From the human T2T-CHM13v2.0 reference genome, Homo sapiens: a stretch of 64,000 nt of DNA. Shown here in pieces: positions 29,301-43,349 of the stretch. The notes under the pieces are model-generated. The model was not told the origin of the DNA and did no database searches. It saw only the letters and a program-made list of their open reading frames with translations. Position 1 is the stretch's first letter; the number at the start of each line of letters is the position of its first letter. The DNA lies in the NCBI RefSeq assembly GCF_009914755.1, contig NC_060936.1, one strand, 5' to 3'. The position numbers and the translations under genes are program-made.

Positions 29301-30549
29301 AAGACAGAAGCCAAGCGTGTTTCTCTCTCAATCCTTCAGATTTTATTTCTTACTAATTTTCTTCCCCAGCACAGAATCAGGGAACACACTCAGTTTTCAC
29401 TCTCTCTCTCTCTTCCGTCTCTCCTAGCTCTCCAATTCCCAAATTAGAAAAACCATCAGCTCTGAATGGCCTCAAGAGCTTAACTTCTAAGGCCTCCCCT
29501 GGGGCTGGCCTCCCATGCGTTGCACTTGTCCTGGTGGTTGCAGATACCAAGTTGCCTCATTGCCATTGAAGGGATGAACACACAGAGCACTCCGATGTTA
29601 TTGCTTCTTAGGAGCCCGGATGGAGCCGGCTCGTGTACACTCACAGAAAGTCACTTATTTGCTTATCGCTTCTTGAGTCTCAAGCACAATCTCTTTGGAG
29701 GATTGATGGGCTGATGGGGCAACAATTCAATGCCAAGATAATCCAGCCACAATAACAAGCAAGCCTTCAGAAGCACTGAAATAATTGCATGGTCTAAGAG
29801 TTGGCTCCAAACAGTGATTAACGCAGGAGCGGCAGCCTTTTCAGAGACCCTCACTGGCCGCACAAAAGAATCAGGCTCTGTGCTGATAAAGGAGCATTTC
29901 CAGCCAGTGCAGCTGATAATTAAGTGGCCTTGTCAGAAGGCTTCGATGTTTACCGATGCGGTGGGAAGATGTGAGTGAAAACATACATTTAAAAGGAGAG
30001 GAAAAGAATATTAAGAATTGCCTTTAAAACCACTTTGATGTCAACAAACTTAAAAACATGCTGCAAAAATAAGACACACAATCCTTTACTGAAGGCATCA
30101 TTATAAAAATGTGGCTGAGCTTGACAGAAGCCTGAAGGGTACTTTTGTGGGATTTCTAATGCTTATGTACATGCACTATTGAATTTTTAGGTATGTAAAT
30201 CGTGGCTTAGTGAGGATGGAGGTTGTTTATTTAACAAAGGGACAGACAGGGCTCAAATGCACTTAGAATGAAGAGACTCAGGCTTGGCCAGGAAGCCTCC
30301 ATGTCCACAGCGAAATTGCTTTGCCATTAGACCAGATTGAGCCAGTGATAAGCAAAGTTAATGCACCACGTCATCCTCTTCACAGCGAATAACGCTCAGC
30401 ATGCCTGGAATCATCTCCTTGTTTATTACAAGCCATGCAACCCTTATCAGCACCCGCATTTATGCACATCGTGATTATTAAACAGCAAACAACAGATTAT
30501 GATTCCAGTGTCTGATCAGGTGAATGTGGGTATCCATCAGCAGCCGCCA

Positions 30550-31215
30550 AGTTATCTGCAGAGGGGCAGTGCCGTCCCTCAGAGCTCCAGCTTCGATACA
30601 GAGTTTCCTGTGCTCAGATCCTAGCTGGGCAGCTACTAGCTGTGCAAACTTGAGCAAGTTCCTTTCTCCCTCCCCGTGTCAATTTCATCTGCAGTATGAG
30701 GATGATAGGGTGGAAGACTGAATATAAAAATGGACAATGGCAGGACCATATATGACATTAGAATGCTGACCCACTTCCTCTGCAAAGACCAGCCCAGGAA
30801 AGCAAGCTACAGTTTCTGCAATCAGTGCAGAAGAGTCAGGACTTGGTAATGTTTGCCCTCACTTTCTACTCAAGATCAACCAGAGGCAGCCAAATATGGG
30901 CCCCAGAATAATCCTGGAATATGTGCTGCTTCTAGTTATCCCACACAGCCTCCAATCTGGGCACACAGGAAGTCTTGCTTTTTTTTCTCTATAAATCTTT
31001 CCCTCTCGTCTCCCTGCCTTTGAATCTCTGCCCAGCATGAACCATGGTGGCTGACTCCCTTGTTTTAGAAAGATCTGGATAAAGGGCCTGTGTCTGTTCT
31101 CATTTGGTCTTTGTCTACTTCCACATAGTAATAGTACTTATTTTAATGTTGTGAAAATTTGATTAGTTAGTAAACATAAAGGGCTTAGAGCTGTGCCCAG
31201 AACTTTGCAGGTGTT
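30550..31215 (+). mobile_element. MIR split by an LTR insertion
   Basis: MIR head/core to 'catctgcagtatgaggatgatag'; resumes 'taatagtactta...gttgtgaaaattt...gcttagagctgtgcc' after 31125. Confidence 0.7.
30709..31125 (+). mobile_element. ERVL LTR (MER54-like)
   Basis: 'gaccatatatga...ctgacccac...accagcccaggaa', 'ggtggctgactcccttg', ends ttccaca. Confidence 0.6.
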
Positions 31216-31252
31216 GGCTACTCATATTGTTAGAGTCTCCTAAGCCCTAGAC

Positions 31253-31436
31253 CAGGGGTGCCCAATCTTTTGGCTTCTCTGGGCAATAATGGTAGAAGAA
31301 GAATTGTTTTGGGCCACACATAACATACACTAACACCGACAATAGCCAATGAGCTAAAAAACAAATCTCAAAAAAATGTCATAATGTTTTAAGAAAGTTT
31401 ACGAATTTGTGTTGGGCCATGTGTTGGATAAGCTTG
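31253..31436 (+). mobile_element. MER30 hAT-Charlie MITE
   Basis: caggggtgcccaatcttttggcttc...ttggataagcttg with perfect 8-bp TSD CCCTAGAC. Confidence 0.92.
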
Positions 31437-31723
31437 CCCTAGACTCTTTAACCATGTTAGTAAGAACTGAAGGCACCTCTGCTTTCCTCCCTGTTCCATA
31501 CTCTCCTGAGGCAATGAACAGACAGCTGTGTTTCTGCTGGGATGAGGAGAAGGAAAATAGGCAATAAAACAATAACTAAAACAATAACTAAACAATAACT
31601 TAAAATAACAATAACTTAAAACTTAATAACAATAACTTAAAGTTATTGCCCAGAGTATAATTTTAGTCATATACATGAAAACAACCTGAAGCCATTTCTA
31701 TTCAGGAGAGGGTTGACCATTTG

Positions 31724-31914
31724 GGACAGTCAACTGCAGAAGATGGCTCTGCCTGGTGAATCAACAGTGATAAGGTTTCCTCTTTTTCCCAAAGTTCTTG
31801 GAAAGCCAGAAACTCTCTGGGGAATTAGCTTTGAATGTTCATTTCTCCAGGAGGGGTGTTCTCAAGGTTAAAAAAATATTAAGAAATCTCCTCTAAAACC
31901 CAAAGTTCTTCTGA
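31724..31914 (+). repeat. Local dispersed duplication D, copy 2
   Basis: Matches 27436-27625. Confidence 0.92.
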
Positions 31915-32513
31915 TAATATAGCCTGTGTTGTGGGCCATATTATCACCCACAAAACCCAACCTCATGGGAAAGAGTCTCACAGGGCCTGCCTGCTTTTGT
32001 ACAGATGGAAAAGGGGTGACATGCTTCTGTTGGGGGTGCACAGAGGGACTGAGCAGTTCTTTGGGGACTCTTTGGCTGTTATCATTCAGCTTTCTCCAGA
32101 ATCAGCCAGGCCTAGGAGACTGCTAGGCATGTATATAAATAGATAGCCCCAAATGGATACTTTGGCCCAAGAGATGATAAATTGAGTTGCTCTCCTCTGT
32201 GAAAACCAGAAATGGAAAGAAATGAAGCAAAAGCCCAGAGCAACATCATAGCACAGGAGTCTGGATGGCATGCAGAGTTTGTGCTCATTTGAGAGGTGGG
32301 AGTGGGGGCAGGGGGTGTCCTTAGTTCTCTATGCAGAGATAAGAACTAGGGTTTGTATCTCTACAGTTGCGTAGAAGATATTAAGCCTTCCTTTCTAATA
32401 ACATCATGATCATGCAAACCTGCAATTTTTTTCTATTAACTTGCATGTTCTTTGATATTTTAGGTAAAAAAAAAAGTATATACATGTCACATTTTGAATC
32501 TATTCATCCATAA

Positions 32514-32833
<320 letters not shown>

Positions 32834-33420
32834 TAATAGGTAATACATTATTAAAGGAAATATCTATTTAAAGTCTTGCCATTGTAGGTAAAAGAAAAAA
32901 TAATCAGTTGAGCTGGTTCCAGAGAATCCCTGAAAAGTCAAGCAAAAGAAGGCTTTCCCCTTAGCGAACAGCTGAAAAAATACTTTCCAAGAGTTTGATA
33001 AGAAATTCTCTGACAACGTAGATGCCAGATCAATTTTTGATTAGGAGTATGTTGTGTAAGTGCCTACTCTGTTCCAACCCAGTGCTGGGATCCCCTGGCT
33101 AAAACCCAATGGAGATGATCACCTTGAGACATAACACTGCCAAGTGCCTCCCCACCACTGCGTCTGTTTGCAGTATCAGCAAGGGATAATTATTGAAATG
33201 TTTCTGGTGGTCCCAGCATCCCTTAATTATCCCACTGATCACTTTTTGGAACTGATAGGAGAAAACGTTAGGAAGTAATTGGTGTGCTGGCCAAAAGAAT
33301 CAGAGTCAGCAACTGAACTGAAAGAGTCTCCATTACTTAGAAACCAAAGCCTTGGTTCCAATTCTGTTTTTGGTCTTTATAACAGTTAAGGTAAAATGAG
33401 ACAATAAAACAATCAAAACC

Positions 33421-33482
33421 AGATATAGATATAGATATAGATATAGATATAGATATAGATATAGATATAGATATATAGATAT
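33421..33482. repeat. (AGATAT)n hexanucleotide microsatellite
   Basis: About 10 units. Confidence 0.95.
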
Positions 33483-33865
33483 GGTGGGAAGTTTATTTCC
33501 CACTCAGAAATTTCAAAGCCAATGCCCTTGGTGAGTGGCTTTTCTCCAGGGGATGTTTAGGCTCTCCCATCTTTGGCTCCTTCATTCTAACATATGGCTT
33601 CTGAGGTTCCAGTGCTGCTGGGCAGTGAGCAGGTGGGGGAGGATGGAACATGCAGGATTATGGATGGGAGCTTCACACAGGTTGGTCTAGGAAGGCAGTG
33701 CCATCATGTTTGCTCCCCTGCCACTGGCTGGAAGCCAGTCCCATGACCACAGTGAACTTCCTGGGGGCTGGAAATAAAACATAACCAGGAAGGAAAGCAA
33801 GTGGGTTTGGGGAACAAGGATCCAGTCTCCTCTTCCATCTTTAGGAATCCATGCAGATTGCAGAT

Positions 33866-34145
<280 letters not shown>

Positions 34146-35432
34146 CAGAATCCATCAGAGAGGCTTCCGGTGTAACTAGGGAAGTGTTGTAAACTTCCAA
34201 AGACACAAAGGGTTAGGGCACAAACATCTTCTGCCTGTTTTCTTCCAGAACTAAAGCAATTTGACATGACATGAGAAAGGCTTAATTCATTCATCCATAA
34301 TTTTAAAAATAAAATGCTCCATGTATCAAAATATATAAATGCCACAAAGTGGATGCCAATATGTAGAATACAAAATAGGCACTTTTTCCCCAACATGAAA
34401 GAGAATTGCAAAAATAGAACACAACAAAAACATAGGAGTTGATGGTTTATATACAAGTATATTTCAGACAGAAAATTTGCTCTCACTTTTATTTCATAGA
34501 TATGAAAATCAGCAGGCTTTAGATTAGACAATCTTCATTGAAACCATTTGCACCACCAAAGACACAAAAGGAAAGCAACATTCTTAAGAACTCACTTGCC
34601 ACTAGTGGGAAGTCACAGAGCTTACACACGTATTTGCATGGCCGGGCTAATGCCATATAATTGTAATATAATAGTGAAAATATTAAACATGGTATCATCC
34701 ATCATCTCACCTGCAATAGAGCTTTAATTGAACAAAAACCCCACGAGATAGGTACTATGAAGTATTTCTCTTTTACAGATATGAAAATTTAATCACTCAA
34801 GATGTGCTTTGCATGCGTTGTTGTGGAGGTTTGTCTTAAAACATCCTCAGGCATAGTGAGGTGCTGGTTAATGCTAAACCAGAGAGAAAGATAGAGCTGG
34901 CCTGCGTTTCAGGCATAAAACTCTTAGCATGTTGTGTAGAATTTCAGTTAATGGGAGAGAAACAAAATGTAGTTGCTCACGATTCTATCCACAAATTTCT
35001 AGCCCAGGATAGGCACAGCACCTCGTCCTCCCATTGACATGTCTAAGACGAAGGATAAAGAGGCAGAAGGAGGGGAGAGGGTGCACAGGTTTGATTCAAG
35101 GTGCAGGGATTCTGCAGTTGAAGGATGGATGTTCTAACGCCTCTTGAGGGCTCAAGGCAGAGCATGGGGGTGGTTTTTAAGTGCTTTGAAGTCTTGTGTG
35201 GTTGACAGTTGCAGCTCACGTATAGCAGAGACACTGCCTTCACGCTGGGAGAGCCTCCTGTTGCATTTTGGAAGCCCAGGTTCAATCACCATCCAACAGC
35301 TATGATGAGTCTCCATTTCTAAGATGCACATCGTGGTGCTGAGGGTCCCTTGTACAGAAAGTGGGAGGAAAGTGAAGCCAAAGATATTCAAATATAAAGC
35401 TCTTTCCTTTAAAAATGTATTACCTGTAAAAA

Positions 35433-35478
<46 letters not shown>

Positions 35479-35482
35479 TGTT

Positions 35483-35786
<304 letters not shown>

Positions 35787-35789
35787 TCA

Positions 35790-36335
35790 TATGGATGAAT
35801 AAATTTAAAATATGATATGTATACACGATATATACATGCAATATGATACAGCCTTTAAAAAAAAGGAATTATGTCACTTGTAACAACATGGATGGATGGA
35901 AAGAGCATTATTTTAAGTGACATTAAGACAGGCACAGAAAAACAAATACTGCTTCACTTACATGTGTAATCTGAAAAAGTCGATCTCATAAAGAGAGAGA
36001 AGGAAGGTGGTTGCCGGAGGCTGGGGGCAGGGCAGGAATGAAGAAAGGAGAGATGCTGATCTAAGGGTATGAGTTTCGGTTAGACTGGAAGAATGGATTT
36101 AATGATCTATCACATTGCATGATGACCACAGGTAATAATCATACATATTTCAAAATTGTTAAAATAATAAATTTTCAATGTTCTCACCACAAAAAATTAT
36201 AAGTTGATAATGTGATAGATATGTTCATGGGTTTGATTGAATCTTTCTACAATACATACATAGATCAAACTTCACATTGTACTCCATGACACATACAATT
36301 GTTAGTTTTCAATTAAATCCATTAGTCAATAAAAT
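35790..36335 (+). mobile_element. L1MA-like 3' end
   Basis: 'acaacatggatgga...taagtga...caggcacagaaa', 'tgttctcaccacaaaaaa', 'cacattgtact'. Confidence 0.85.
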
Positions 36336-38660
36336 AGGATGTCAGGATAGTATACAGTACAAAAAATACTTGATAAGGTGATTGATAAGGTGATATATTG
36401 ATTGATCATAAATTCTTCTGGTTGCCTTTTTGCAAATTCACTTATTAGATCGTCAAAATTTATACTTTTGGCAATTTCATTTTCCGTCTATGTAATTGAA
36501 AGAGATGTCGGTTGCTTTTGGAAAATGCAAATGATTTTTGATAATTTTTAATTTTGAGAAGGATCTTTCTGCTGATGCAGCCGTTACTGGAGCAATTAAG
36601 AATACTTTATAGGCTGCAACAAATTTGAGATACATTTCTGGAAAATTATTGTGAAATATATGTTTTAGTCCACCATGAGCTGATGATACTTGCAGAATGA
36701 TTTTTCTAAAAATATTTAAATATTTATATACGTCGATTTTGTGTCAGTCTGGATTGAATTTTAAGTGAGAATTAACACAATGGCATTTTAACATTTCCTT
36801 AGACATCTCCTGTACCTTACAGGGGTCTTTAAAAAAGTGGAAAGTGGCTTCATGATTTGTTTATGATTCAAAACATGTTCTACTGCTCCATTATCAGTTA
36901 AGAAAACTTTATTTTAAATTATTTCTTTGTTAATGACTGGTTCATCCAAAGCTTCATATGAAAATAGAGTTATTTCCCACTGAATGCAATGATCTTTCAA
37001 TTCAATGTCTATATCTAACCTGTGGATATTTGCTTTGCAATGTTGCAACAGTTTTCAAAACAAGAGGTTCTAACTCAGAAGCCTCCTCTAACTCCATTAT
37101 ATGCTTTGGTAAAATTTCCATGCGAATGCTTTTATTTGGTAATAACTACTGACGAGTTTCTATCTTTGTACAGATGTCACAGAAATGGACTCTGTGGGCT
37201 GACAGGCCAGCCGGCCGCCCACGGCTTGTCCACGTGCTGCTCACATGAGCCCTTTCTCTCTCCTGGGCAGCTGCTGCCTTCACCACTGTTGATCTTTCTG
37301 CTGCTGCTCCATCTGCCAATCTGGGCCCAGGTCCTGGCCCTGCTGCCCTGTTGGGGCCTCCAGGAGCCCCAGCATGTGTGTGTGGGCAAGGTAGCCCAGC
37401 CAACTGCCCGGCACCCCTGCTGCCCACTGCTGTAATCCAAACAACACAGCTATTTCCTTGGCTCATTTTTCTTCTAGCATTTGTTCAACGTATCCCAGAA
37501 ACCCAAAGAGTAATCTCCTTTTTCCCTTCTCCTTATTGGCACGCATGTCATTGGTGGCCTCTGTGCATTCCAGAAAGTCTGGAAATGGTTCAGGAAGAAA
37601 AATACAACTCAAAATGTCACAGAACCTTTTCTCAGGTAATGACAAGGAGACTCAGAAAGCTGTCTTTTCCTTTTACAATTTTTAAGTGTGATGACAGCTG
37701 TAAAAGAACCTATAAATGAATGGAATAAAGGTTAAATTAAGCACCTGGTCTCCACCCCATTATATCAACCTGGCATCATTACTACCTGTAAAAGTCCCTG
37801 TGACATCCCATTGTGATGTGGCTCAGGGTGAAGAGAATTTTATGTGTAGGGGGAGAAAAGCCTGTTTTGACAACCAAGACATCACGACCTTTCGTTCACA
37901 AATAATACTGTTGATTGAAGCTACCCATGATGGCTCCCTTCATGACCCCAACCATGATGCAGCTCCTTTTGTAAAATGCCAAACCCCATTTGCACTGAAG
38001 CTGTGATTCTGAGGTTAAAACAGCATGGGCTCTTTGCTCTGGAGAACATCATTCCACGAAACTAATTTTTTTTTTCGTTGCTCACTATGCAAACTCTTAA
38101 GATGGAGAATTGCTCACACGGAACATGGCACTATCTCCTCGCCTCTGAATATGAATGCGAGATAGTCTAAGCCATTCCATCACACTGTCCGAATAAGCTG
38201 CAGTCTTTTCCCTCTAGGTACAAAGAGGGGAGTTCAGGAATATTGTAAAATGCCTTTCAATCTTGTTTTAAACTCAGGGCCCTGTCTGCTCTAAGCAATT
38301 TTTGAAAGGAGGCACTGTCTACACTGCAACTCTTGGAGCCCCAACACTTCCCAGGAACTTTTTTGTTTCTGTACCTTTTTCCATTTATTTCATCCAAAAC
38401 CATGCTTTGAGCCAGGCACAGAGCTGTTTGATTTAAAAACAAAAATTAAACATTGTCTGTCTCCTGCCATCATAAAATTCACAGTCAATCTGGGAGACAA
38501 TCAGCTAAAACTTTGATAGTAATACAAATTCAGGGATACCCCTGAAGGAAAGAAGACTACAGTGACAGGTAAGTTTTGATTAGTTATCAGAGTATGTTAA
38601 CAAAGACTTATTGATGTGATTGTGTTACGTATCTATTGCTGTATAAAAAAATTACTCCAA

Positions 38661-38930
38661 GCTGGGCACAGTGGCTCACACCTGTAGTTCCAACACTTTT
38701 GTAGGCCAAAGCAGGAGGATCACTGGAGCACAGGAGTTGGAAAATAGCCTGGGCCACATAGTGAGACCCCATCTCTACAAAAAAAATTATCTCAGTGTGG
38801 TGGTACATGCCTGTAATCCCAGCTACTTGGGAAGCCGAGGAGACAGGAGGATTGCCTGAGCCCAGGAGTTGGAGACTGCAATGAGCTATGATTAGCATGG
38901 GAAGCAATGAGACCCCATCTCAATAAAAAA
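38661..38930 (+). mobile_element. Alu (AluJ-like) with right-monomer deletion
   Basis: TSD aaaaaattactccaa / aaaaaagtaccccaa. Confidence 0.92.
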
Positions 38931-38966
38931 GTACCCCAAAAATTGGCAGCCCAAAACAACACACAG

Positions 38967-39226
38967 TTTTTTTTTGTTTTTTTTTTTTGAGACAGAGTCT
39001 CATCCTGAAGCTCAGGCTGGAGTGCAGTGGTGTGATCTCAGCTCAGACACCAAAAGAGCTGGGTCTACAGGCATGTACCACCAAGCCTGGCTAATTTTTG
39101 TATCTTTAGTATAGATGAGGTTTCACCACATTGGCCAGGCTGGTCTTGAACTCCTGACCTCAAATGATGTGCCCACCTTGGCCTCCAAAGTGCTGGAATT
39201 ACATGCATGAGCCACCGTACCTGGCC
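38967..39226 (-). mobile_element. Alu (AluS-like) with right-monomer deletion
   Basis: TSD acaacacaca(g/a)ttt. Confidence 0.92.
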
Positions 39227-40109
39227 ACAACACACAATTTCTGATGGCTAAGAATCTAGGGGCAGCAGAGCTGGGTGGGCTGGCAGAGGGTATCTCGTAA
39301 GGTTCAGTCAAGCTGTTATGGAGGCTGCATCATCTGAAGGCTTGAATGGGGCTGGTTTACTCATGTGGCTGGCAGTCTCGGCCCCTCCCCATGTTGGCCT
39401 CTCTGTAGGGTGGCCCGGGCATCATGGCAGCTGCTTCCCCAGAGTGATGAGAGAGAGAGAGAGAGAAAAACCAAGATAGACATCTTTCATGACCAAATCT
39501 CAGCAGGGACAGCCCAGCATTCCTGCCGTATGATATTCCTCACACAGATCTGCCGTGGCCCAGTATGGCAGTCATCTACATGGGAGGTGACACTGAGGAC
39601 AGGGACACTGGGGACCATCCTGCTGACTGCCTACCCCAGGGACCTCCTTGAGAACACGAGCTCAAGCACATATTCTAGTTAACTGTGATATTAATGAAAA
39701 GTTTAGAAAATGTCAACACGGGGAAAGTTGAGGTCTAAAAAGCCTGGATGCCTTCTTTAAAATCAGTTACTCTGCTGGATACATCCCTTTAATCCCTGCA
39801 GATTGCTCTCCTTCTTCTCCACCTGGTCTCTACCTGGAGAAGGAACCCAGTGTAGCCACCACCAAGGCATGGGGTGCTTTCTGGCACTCAGTTGGGGTGG
39901 ACCAGTGGAGAACCCTAGGGGAAGAGTATGGATTCCTGGCTCCATCTCTGCATGGTCACTACAGGCTAGCTGGGACCCACCCCCAATTCGCCACTCTTCT
40001 CAAGCTGTCCCTCCACCCAGCTGTCTCTCTAGCAGCAACTCCCTACTCTCACCCCTTCACCCTTCACTCACTCACTTCAGAACTGCACCATCACGCATGC
40101 ATCTCCTAA

Positions 40110-40365
40110 TAGATTTAATGAGCTGGCACTCATAGACCATACAATTCACCCACTTAAATATACAATGCAGTGGTTTTGACTGTATTCACAGATGTGTGCA
40201 ACTATCACCACAATCAACTTTTAGACACTTTTGTTACCCCAAAAATAAATCACACACCTGTGCCCTGCCACCCTCCAATCTATCACCCTGAGCGACCACT
40301 GATCTACCTACTGCCTTATTAGATCTGCCTGTTCTGGACATCTAATGAAGTGGAATCACACAAAA
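40110..40365 (-). mobile_element. L1MB-like 3' end fragment
   Basis: 'accatacaattcacccactta...tattcacagatgtgtgcaactatcaccacaatc'. Confidence 0.8.
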
Positions 40366-41075
40366 TTCCCCACACATTGTTAAATTGGTTCTTTATTAAA
40401 TTAGAAAGCCAGCCAATCTGTCGTGCTACCTCTTTTATCCTGGGACCTTAACTGACATCGCTACAGATTAAGTCAAATGTAAGTACGTTCTTCTGTCTAT
40501 AGATTAACAGGAAAACCTAAAGTTATATGAGTCACAGTAATCTGAAGGTTCAATCCTTTGTTGATAACCTAAATAACATCAGTAAAATCTAAGAAATGGA
40601 GAAAGGGGTAGAGACCCTGAATATGCCTCTGGTTCTGCCAGTCCTTTGCAGAAGAAATAAGTCCATGTTTCATCTTTTAAATCTTTCATTCTTGATGTTC
40701 ATCATGTGCCCTGGGTTAAAAATAAACTTTAAGTGTATAGCTAGAAGAAAGAAAGAGAACAATGAAAATCAGAGATGTTGTCTCCCAAGGGACTAGGCAT
40801 CGCAGGGACGGAGGAAGTCATGATGAAATGTTGTCTATCTATTGGAAAGCCAGGAGCCAAAAGGGACCTGGGGGTAAGAATGACAAACAGGCAAAGAGAC
40901 AGAGCATCTGCGAAGCGCAATGGCAACACGTAAGAGTGCAGCCGGTAAAGCCCATGCTTTCAGTCATCTTATGTAGTGCAGGAAAATACTAATTATGATA
41001 GAATGTAAAAATATATCAATAAATACAATGTATAATAAAGTCGGTGACCAATTGTGTTTAAAATTTTAATTAATT

Positions 41076-41390
41076 AGCTGGATGCAGTGGATCACATCTG
41101 TAATCTCAGCACTTTGGGAAGCCGAGGCAGGAGGATCGCTTGAGCCCAGGAGTTTGAGACCAGCCTAGGCATCATAGTGAGGCACCCCCGCCCCCCAGCC
41201 CACTACAAAAAATACAAAGATTAGCCGGGCATGATAGTGCATGCCTGCAGTCCCAGGTACTCAGGAGGCTGAGATGGGAGGATGGCTTGAGCCCAGGAGG
41301 TCCAGGCTGCAGTGAGCTGTGACTGCACCACCGCACTCAGCCTGGGCAACAGAGTGAGACCGTGTCTCAGAAAAATAAAGTGAAATAAAA
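41076..41390 (+). mobile_element. Alu (AluJ-like)
   Basis: TSD aaaattttaattaatta. Confidence 0.94.
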
Positions 41391-42932
41391 TTTTAATTAA
41401 TTAATTTTAATCCTCTACACAGCCAGTATAGGGGTTGCAAGCTCAAGCTATGCAGTCGGCATCTGGAGCTAAAAGCCAGCGTTCACTCCCGAGGACCTTT
41501 GTCAAAATGTGTGACTGCCCTGAGCTTTATCCATAAAATAACAGTAATAACGGTACTACTCTATGGTTTTGTAGTGAGGACCAGAAGTGGTGATTTGTGA
41601 AAAGCACTTATACCCAGTAATTCTTAAACTACTTACTCCAGCACTTGGCCCATGGCAAATTTCCTGGTAGCCATATGTACATATACACATGCTTTTAAAT
41701 ACATAAACGTATGTACATATACTTTTAATTTACTACTAAGATTTTATACATTTTCCAGTAGTTTGTATGATGAACATGTATATACCTCCCTTTAAAGTTA
41801 AACAATAAAAAAATCTTAATTTTTCTACCTTAAAATCTCCTCTCATCACGTCATCCAATGATAGCCGCTGTTAACATCATGTTCCTATTTACTTCTGCTT
41901 GTTTCTCTGAAGATGTACGTGAGTGGGTAAACACGATGTAATTTGACATTGCGGTTTTTAATAGCATATCACAAATATTTTCCTGTTATAATTTCATTCA
42001 CAAACATGGTTCTGATAGTTACATAATATTACACCATATGATCATTTCCTAGTTTACTTAGCTATTTCCTATGGTTGGATATTCTTGGCTTGTTTCCAAT
42101 ATTTTTCTATTCTAATTCATCTCCAACAAAAGTCATCATCTGTGAATCTTTCTCTGCATCTCTAAGTATTTCCTTAGAATAAACTCCTAGAGTGAATCTG
42201 TTAGCACATTTGTTTCTCTCTTTTAATTAACAACTGGAAAATGATTATTGCAGACACATTCTCTTCAAGTGAATATTTCTTCTCGGCTGAACTTTGCTTT
42301 ACTGAGTATTTTTCCCTCCCTTGGCTGCATTTTCATTCTTCTTTTGCTGTTTTGCGTTTCACTCCCACCTACAAAATATCCAAGTTCCCTCTCCCAAAAT
42401 AAAACCCCTCTTGGTTCATGGCAGAGTCAACTTTGTTCAGCTGTCTTTACCCTGCAGGTCCAAAGGTCTATTGCCCAGAGTATTTGCTGAGGGGATAAGA
42501 GGTGCCAGGTCCTCATCAGAGTAATCTTTGCATCTTCCATTTTAGATGATGAGGCTGAGGCTAAATAACTTTTTGTGACTTGAACAAAATCACGCCCGTC
42601 ATTTTGGAGCAGAGATTGGACCCAGACCATCTGACTGCAGTGCACTTGGTTACTACACAACAGCCCTGGAAGCTGCAACCTGAGGACCTCCAGCCTCACA
42701 TGAATCATCTTCATCCACCAACCTTCTCCCATCTGGGTTCCCACACTCCTCCCATCACCCAGCATGGGGGGCCTCATGGTGGTGGTTGACCCTTCCTCTA
42801 TCTCCACCTGCATATGGGGCACATTCTCCCCAAACCTCACTCCAGTCCAATCTCACCTCAACCCCACTGTCTCGCTCATAGGGTTGAGGAAAGACAGAAT
42901 AAACCCTGGCTGGGAAAAGTCACTTTAGTCAA

Positions 42933-43270
42933 TGTACGGTCAGTTTTACGTGTCAGCTTGGCCAGGCTAGAGTCCCCAGTCATCCAAACGCCCAGTTGAC
43001 TGTAAGCAAAGACTATCCTAGATAATTTGGTCGGCCTGAGACATTCAGTTAAAAGACCATAAGAGCAGAACTGAAAACAGAAAATTCTGCCTGTGGACTG
43101 CAGCGCCAGCTCCTGCCTGAGAGTTTCCAGCCTGACCTTCCTAAACTTGCCTACTAATCCCCCACAATTGCATAAGCCAATCCCTTGCAATAAATAAAAT
43201 AGATCGAGATGTAGATAGACAGAGATCCAGATCCTACTGGTTCCATTTTCCTGGCAGAACCATGATGGAT
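42933..43270 (+). mobile_element. MLT2-like ERVL LTR
   Basis: 'ttttacgtgtcagcttggccaggcta', 'aaattctgcctgtggactgcagc', 'cacaattgcataagccaat...cctactggttc'. Confidence 0.8.
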
Positions 43271-43349
43271 ATGATATATGTCCCATAAAGAGCCTCCCAG
43301 TGGTGTCTTTTTGTTTTGTAAAGATGGTTTTAATCCACAGATTTAAGAG

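Larger units (their letters stand above)
38620..39636 (-). mobile_element. MLT1F-like LTR interrupted by two Alus
   Basis: 'tatctattgctgtataa', 'ggctgcatcatctgaaggcttgaatggggctgg', 'cactggggaccatc...ctgcctacc'. Confidence 0.7.
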
